A stretch of DNA of 64,000 nucleotides, taken from IMG/VR virus record IMGVR_UViG_3300031873_000003, positions 29,791-93,790 of that record; one strand, written 5' to 3'. The DNA comes from a virus. This document shows positions 61,129 to 64,000 of the stretch, piece by piece; positions within the stretch are counted from its first letter, which is position 1; the number at the start of each line of letters is the position of its first letter. The position numbers and the translations under genes were made by a program. Below the pieces are notes generated by a model that worked only from the letters and a program-made list of their open reading frames with translations, made no database searches and was not told where the DNA came from.

Positions 61129-61229
61129 GTTTTAGCGGGTTACCTCATATACCTACTAATGACCAATTCCGTATAACAAGTCATTCGACCGGATGCCCAA
61201 AAGCGCCGGTCAATTCAATCGTTCTTTTA

Positions 61230-61352
61230 CGGTGGTCGGATGCTATCCCGACTGAGTGCTGCCGATTCTACGGCTCGTTTGCTCATCAGCAATAGTTATT
61301 CGGTTGAGCTTGCCCGAAAGGACTATGCGTGTCTGCTTTCCACGCCGCACCG
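61230..61352 (-). ncRNA. tRNA-like structured RNA filling an ORF-less cassette
   Basis: Closing stem CGGTG/CACCG; D-arm-like GCGTG-GAAAGCAGA-CACGC; T-arm-like GTCGG-GATAGCAT-CCGAC. Confidence 0.5.
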
Positions 61353-61404
61353 TAAAAGAACAAATCACTAGAGCCGAACTGTAACCAGTCGGCTCACTTC
61401 TGCG

Positions 61405-61611
61405 TTATCCTGCGCCCAATATGGCCTTTACTTTCGGCCCCCATTTCTGCATTACATCAAAACACTCAGACCCGAATGTGTGCGGGTCCTCTCCGTATAG
61501 CCTCAACGCCATAACCATAGCATCGGCTTCAAGTTCTCGAACATCAGAAACAAGATAAAATTCCTCTTCGACATTACTGCTCCCCGGCAACTTACGAATA
61601 TGAACATCCAT
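61405..61611 (-). CDS. cassette hypothetical protein
   Basis: GGAGGAG RBS; stop codon lies in the attC core. Confidence 0.55.
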   Translation of the reverse strand: MDVHIRKLPGSSNVEEEFYLVSDVRELEADAMVMALRLYGEDPHTFGSECFDVMQKWGPKVKAILGAG

Positions 61612-61684
61612 TTCACTCCTCCTCATAATGATGCGGATAACCGTTCACTCCAGCGGACGCCCAGGAGCGCCGCTGACCTCTGCG

Positions 61685-62182
61685 TTAGACGGTTTTCAAT
61701 ATAAGAGTGCATTCACCATGATACCATTTGCTAAAATGAAACGTTCCTACGGAAAACCCGAACGGGAACCCCACAATACTTCCAGATCCGTAGACCACCA
61801 AACCCCTTATCCCTCCATAATCGTTTATCATTTTCATAATTTTCTGTCGTTGAAATACCTTATTTGTCGGAAGGATGTAAGCTATCTCCGTAGCCAACTC
61901 GAAATTATGTTGCAACCAAAGCTCAAAACAAGAATAAGGAGGGTTTCCGATAATCCAATCAACTTTTTTATCGTAGTCAAAGAAGTTTCTACCAGCTTCA
62001 ATTTCGCACCAATCGGAGCCTTCAGGCAGGTGTCGATAAAATGCCCCATCGCCTCGACAAGGATCAAGGCAAAGACCGGATGGCTGTAACCATTGAATGA
62101 TCTCCTGTGCAACATTGTCTGGTGTGTAAACAATGTCTTTCTCAAGCGGTGGTCTCTCTATGAGTTCTAATTGATGAATCAT
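61685..62182 (-). CDS. N6-adenine DNA methyltransferase-like protein
   Basis: YTP, LDPCRGDG, IIGNPPYS. Confidence 0.8.
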   Translation of the reverse strand: MIHQLELIERPPLEKDIVYTPDNVAQEIIQWLQPSGLCLDPCRGDGAFYRHLPEGSDWCEIEAGRNFFDYDKKVDWIIGNPPYSCFELWLQHNFELATEIAYILPTNKVFQRQKIMKMINDYGGIRGLVVYGSGSIVGFPFGFSVGTFHFSKWYHGECTLILKTV

Positions 62183-62250
62183 AAAAAATAGCGTCTAACA
62201 AGGCGCTCCACCGGATTGCCAATAAACCTGGCAACCGGTGAGCTTAGTCG

Positions 62251-62490
62251 TTATGCGACTTCAATTGGCTCTGGGACTGGAAATGCTACAAATTTCGATG
62301 AAATCCCATGTCCACAAACTACTTCATATACTCTTGTTTCACCCTTCATTTTTGTCAGTGAACTGCAAACAATCAAGGTTCCTTCTCCTCCTTCTACTCC
62401 TTGAATACGCCATGGAACTATATATTCTTTTCCATTACAATCACAACCCGTTTTCTTACAAATACTGCATCGTGTTATTCGCTCTCTCAT
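62251..62490 (-). CDS. cassette hypothetical protein
   Basis: GGAGG RBS; stop codon lies in the attC core. Confidence 0.55.
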   Translation of the reverse strand: MRERITRCSICKKTGCDCNGKEYIVPWRIQGVEGGEGTLIVCSSLTKMKGETRVYEVVCGHGISSKFVAFPVPEPIEVA

Positions 62491-62571
62491 CTTTCACCTC
62501 CAATTATAAATTAGAAAATCGCATAACAAATCATTCGACCGGACGCTCAAGGGCGCCGGTCAACTTAGTCG

Positions 62572-62748
62572 TTATGCTTCTTCCCAAACCACCCTACCGT
62601 CAAAACTACCGTCTTTGTGTAATCTGATCACAGTTACGGAAACCCCGATATCCATATCATCACAGAAAACATCTATGACTTGGCCAATCTTTAGGTTCTC
62701 TGGCATCCCTTTATCTACCAATTCACATAAAAACATCTCGCTAATCAT
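62572..62748 (-). CDS. cassette hypothetical protein (58 aa, not in the ORF track)
   Basis: AAGGA RBS; MISEMFLCEL...VVWEEA*; stop codon lies in the attC core. Confidence 0.55.
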   Translation of the reverse strand: MISEMFLCELVDKGMPENLKIGQVIDVFCDDMDIGVSVTVIRLHKDGSFDGRVVWEEA

Positions 62749-62817
62749 AACAAAATCCTTAATTTACAGCATAACCAATCACTCCAGCGGACGGTCAAGG
62801 CGCCGCTTAGTTTTACG

Positions 62818-63135
62818 TTATACCCCAACAAAATCCTCACACGTGTCAGCCCTATCAAAAACTTTTCGATGTGCTAGTTTTAGTTTTTCCCAGAAAGTTT
62901 TCCTACCAAATTCGTTTTTTTCCTGGGCTGTTACAAATTCTTGAGGATAGATAGAAAAAATATGCTCTCCCCCTTTTTCCAATATCCAATGTCCCATAGG
63001 ATTCCCAGACTGATCAACCCCTGGATTACACCGGATAGTGTTTTTGGAAATATTCACCTTGCAATGTAAACAATCCTTACATGATTTGAACCTCCCCACG
63101 GCTAAAGCCGGGGGATTCCTGTTAATTAAGGACAT
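62818..63135 (-). CDS. Cys-containing hypothetical protein; N-terminus supplied by the IS right end
   Basis: CKDCLHC; stop codon lies in the attC core. Confidence 0.45.
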   Translation of the reverse strand: MSLINRNPPALAVGRFKSCKDCLHCKVNISKNTIRCNPGVDQSGNPMGHWILEKGGEHIFSIYPQEFVTAQEKNEFGRKTFWEKLKLAHRKVFDRADTCEDFVGV

Positions 63136-63966
63136 TGCTGACCTCCTTGTGGCTCGTTCCAAGCCCGAAATTAAGAATTACTTGGGCAGCATTAATGTCT
63201 CTGTCCAAGATGGAGCCACACTCCTTACATTCCCAATTTCGTACCTTAAGCCCACTCAATCCTGTAGGTCCAGTTAAGTTACTTGTTCTCATTGTTTCCT
63301 GCTAAAGCATGGACCATGCCGTCTATCAGTGCTTGTAATTCGCACAATGTAGCGGTTCCCTTCATGCGATTAGCACGATGGCTGAGAACCCATACATTGC
63401 CTTTTACATACCCCTTTGTAGGGATTATCCTGTCCAAAGACGGACTGTTCGGGGAAGGTTTATTTTTTCCTACAATAAGAGGCAAACGAAGAACGGGGCA
63501 CATTGTGGGAATAACTATGTCCGAAACAGACAAGTCAAAGGGCAAGTGCAATTCTCTTGCTCTGCGTCTTGCATGTTTCCACAATCCATATTCTGGCGTT
63601 CCACACTTGCCGTGTAAAGTAACTCTCGTTTTGAATTTCTCGTGACTCATACAGCCACAACTCAGAGTTGCCTTTCTGCGTAGGTTGCCGCCAGAAGTCC
63701 TAGTTTCTTTTCCACAATCGCAACGACACCGCCAACGAGCTTGACCATCGGACAAATTCATATCACGGGCTAAGACGACAAGACGCCCAAACCGCTGACC
63801 CGTCAAATCTTTCAGACTACTCATATTGCGTTTTTCCTCCGTCCCTAGCATTGAGTTCGATTTTCCTCAAGCCCCAGTTGTAGATAGATGCCAAGTGGAC
63901 AAGCCAACGAGACAGGTCAACTTCTTGTCCCTTGGTCAGCTTGAGTTTGAGGGTTCGGACGATCAC
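63086..63966 (-). pseudogene. tnpB: tnpB remnant: N-terminal (63817..63966) and C-terminal (63122..63277) fragments plus IS right end, flanking an HNH gene
   Basis: VIVRTLKLKLTKGQE..WL..L.SIYNWGLRKIEL and LTGPTGLSGLKVRNWECKECGSILDRDINAAQVIL; right end GGAATCCCCCGGCTTTAGCCGTGGGGAGGTTCAA. Confidence 0.8.
63279..63824 (-). CDS. HNH-type homing endonuclease
   Basis: DLTGQRFGRLVV..WRCRCDCG..SCGC; SLDRIIPTKGYVKGNVWVLSHRANRMKG. Confidence 0.85.
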   Translation of the reverse strand: MSSLKDLTGQRFGRLVVLARDMNLSDGQARWRCRCDCGKETRTSGGNLRRKATLSCGCMSHEKFKTRVTLHGKCGTPEYGLWKHARRRARELHLPFDLSVSDIVIPTMCPVLRLPLIVGKNKPSPNSPSLDRIIPTKGYVKGNVWVLSHRANRMKGTATLCELQALIDGMVHALAGNNENK

Positions 63967-64000
63967 TTCTTTCGTCTCTTCTCGTTGAGTTGCTTCATCC

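Larger units (their letters stand above)
59683..62823 (+). repeat. array of integron attC-like sites (CALIN-like) with inverted cassettes
   Basis: Sites at 59875-59963, 60242-60301, 60587-60641, 60785-~60857 (partial), 61171-61227, 61355-61410, 61635-61690, 62193-62256, 62521-62577, 62769-62823. Each complete site reads ..AAC, spacer, imperfect palindrome, spacer, GTT.. Confidence 0.85.

Noticed and set aside
59875-62823. CRISPR array or plain terminators
   Set aside because: The repeats are diverged, the spacers are whole genes, there are no U-tracts, and the paired AAC/GTT cores fit attC.

Overview
This window is part of a tailed dsDNA phage genome (podovirus-like gene order; host not determinable). 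The + strand (1-55.7 kb) carries the late genes: scaffold, a major capsid gene split by two ORF-less group I introns, head and tail proteins, three large proteins with very long Ser-Pro (SPSx) tracts, a 14-kb cluster of glycosyltransferases, methyltransferases and other modifying enzymes, ejection-type proteins and a lysis module. The - strand (55.8-64 kb) carries small early or accessory genes. Main observations: (1) an array of about ten integron attC-like sites at 59.7-62.8 kb. The matched core sites delimit single-gene cassettes, all inverted relative to canonical cassettes. One cassette holds only a tRNA-like RNA, and two sites carry the RBS and start codon inside their loop. (2) Mucin-like SPSx proteins flank the glycosylation cluster, suggesting a phage-encoded virion glycan coat. 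(3) Seven IS200/IS605-derived elements: an intact TnpB, an intact IscB, four nuclease-less omega-RNA-like units, and a tnpB whose middle is replaced by an HNH gene. (4) Two antisense genes (an HNH and a Tad2/DUF2829-like gene) sit inside + strand frames that stay open. All family calls come from motif recognition by eye; no database search was run.
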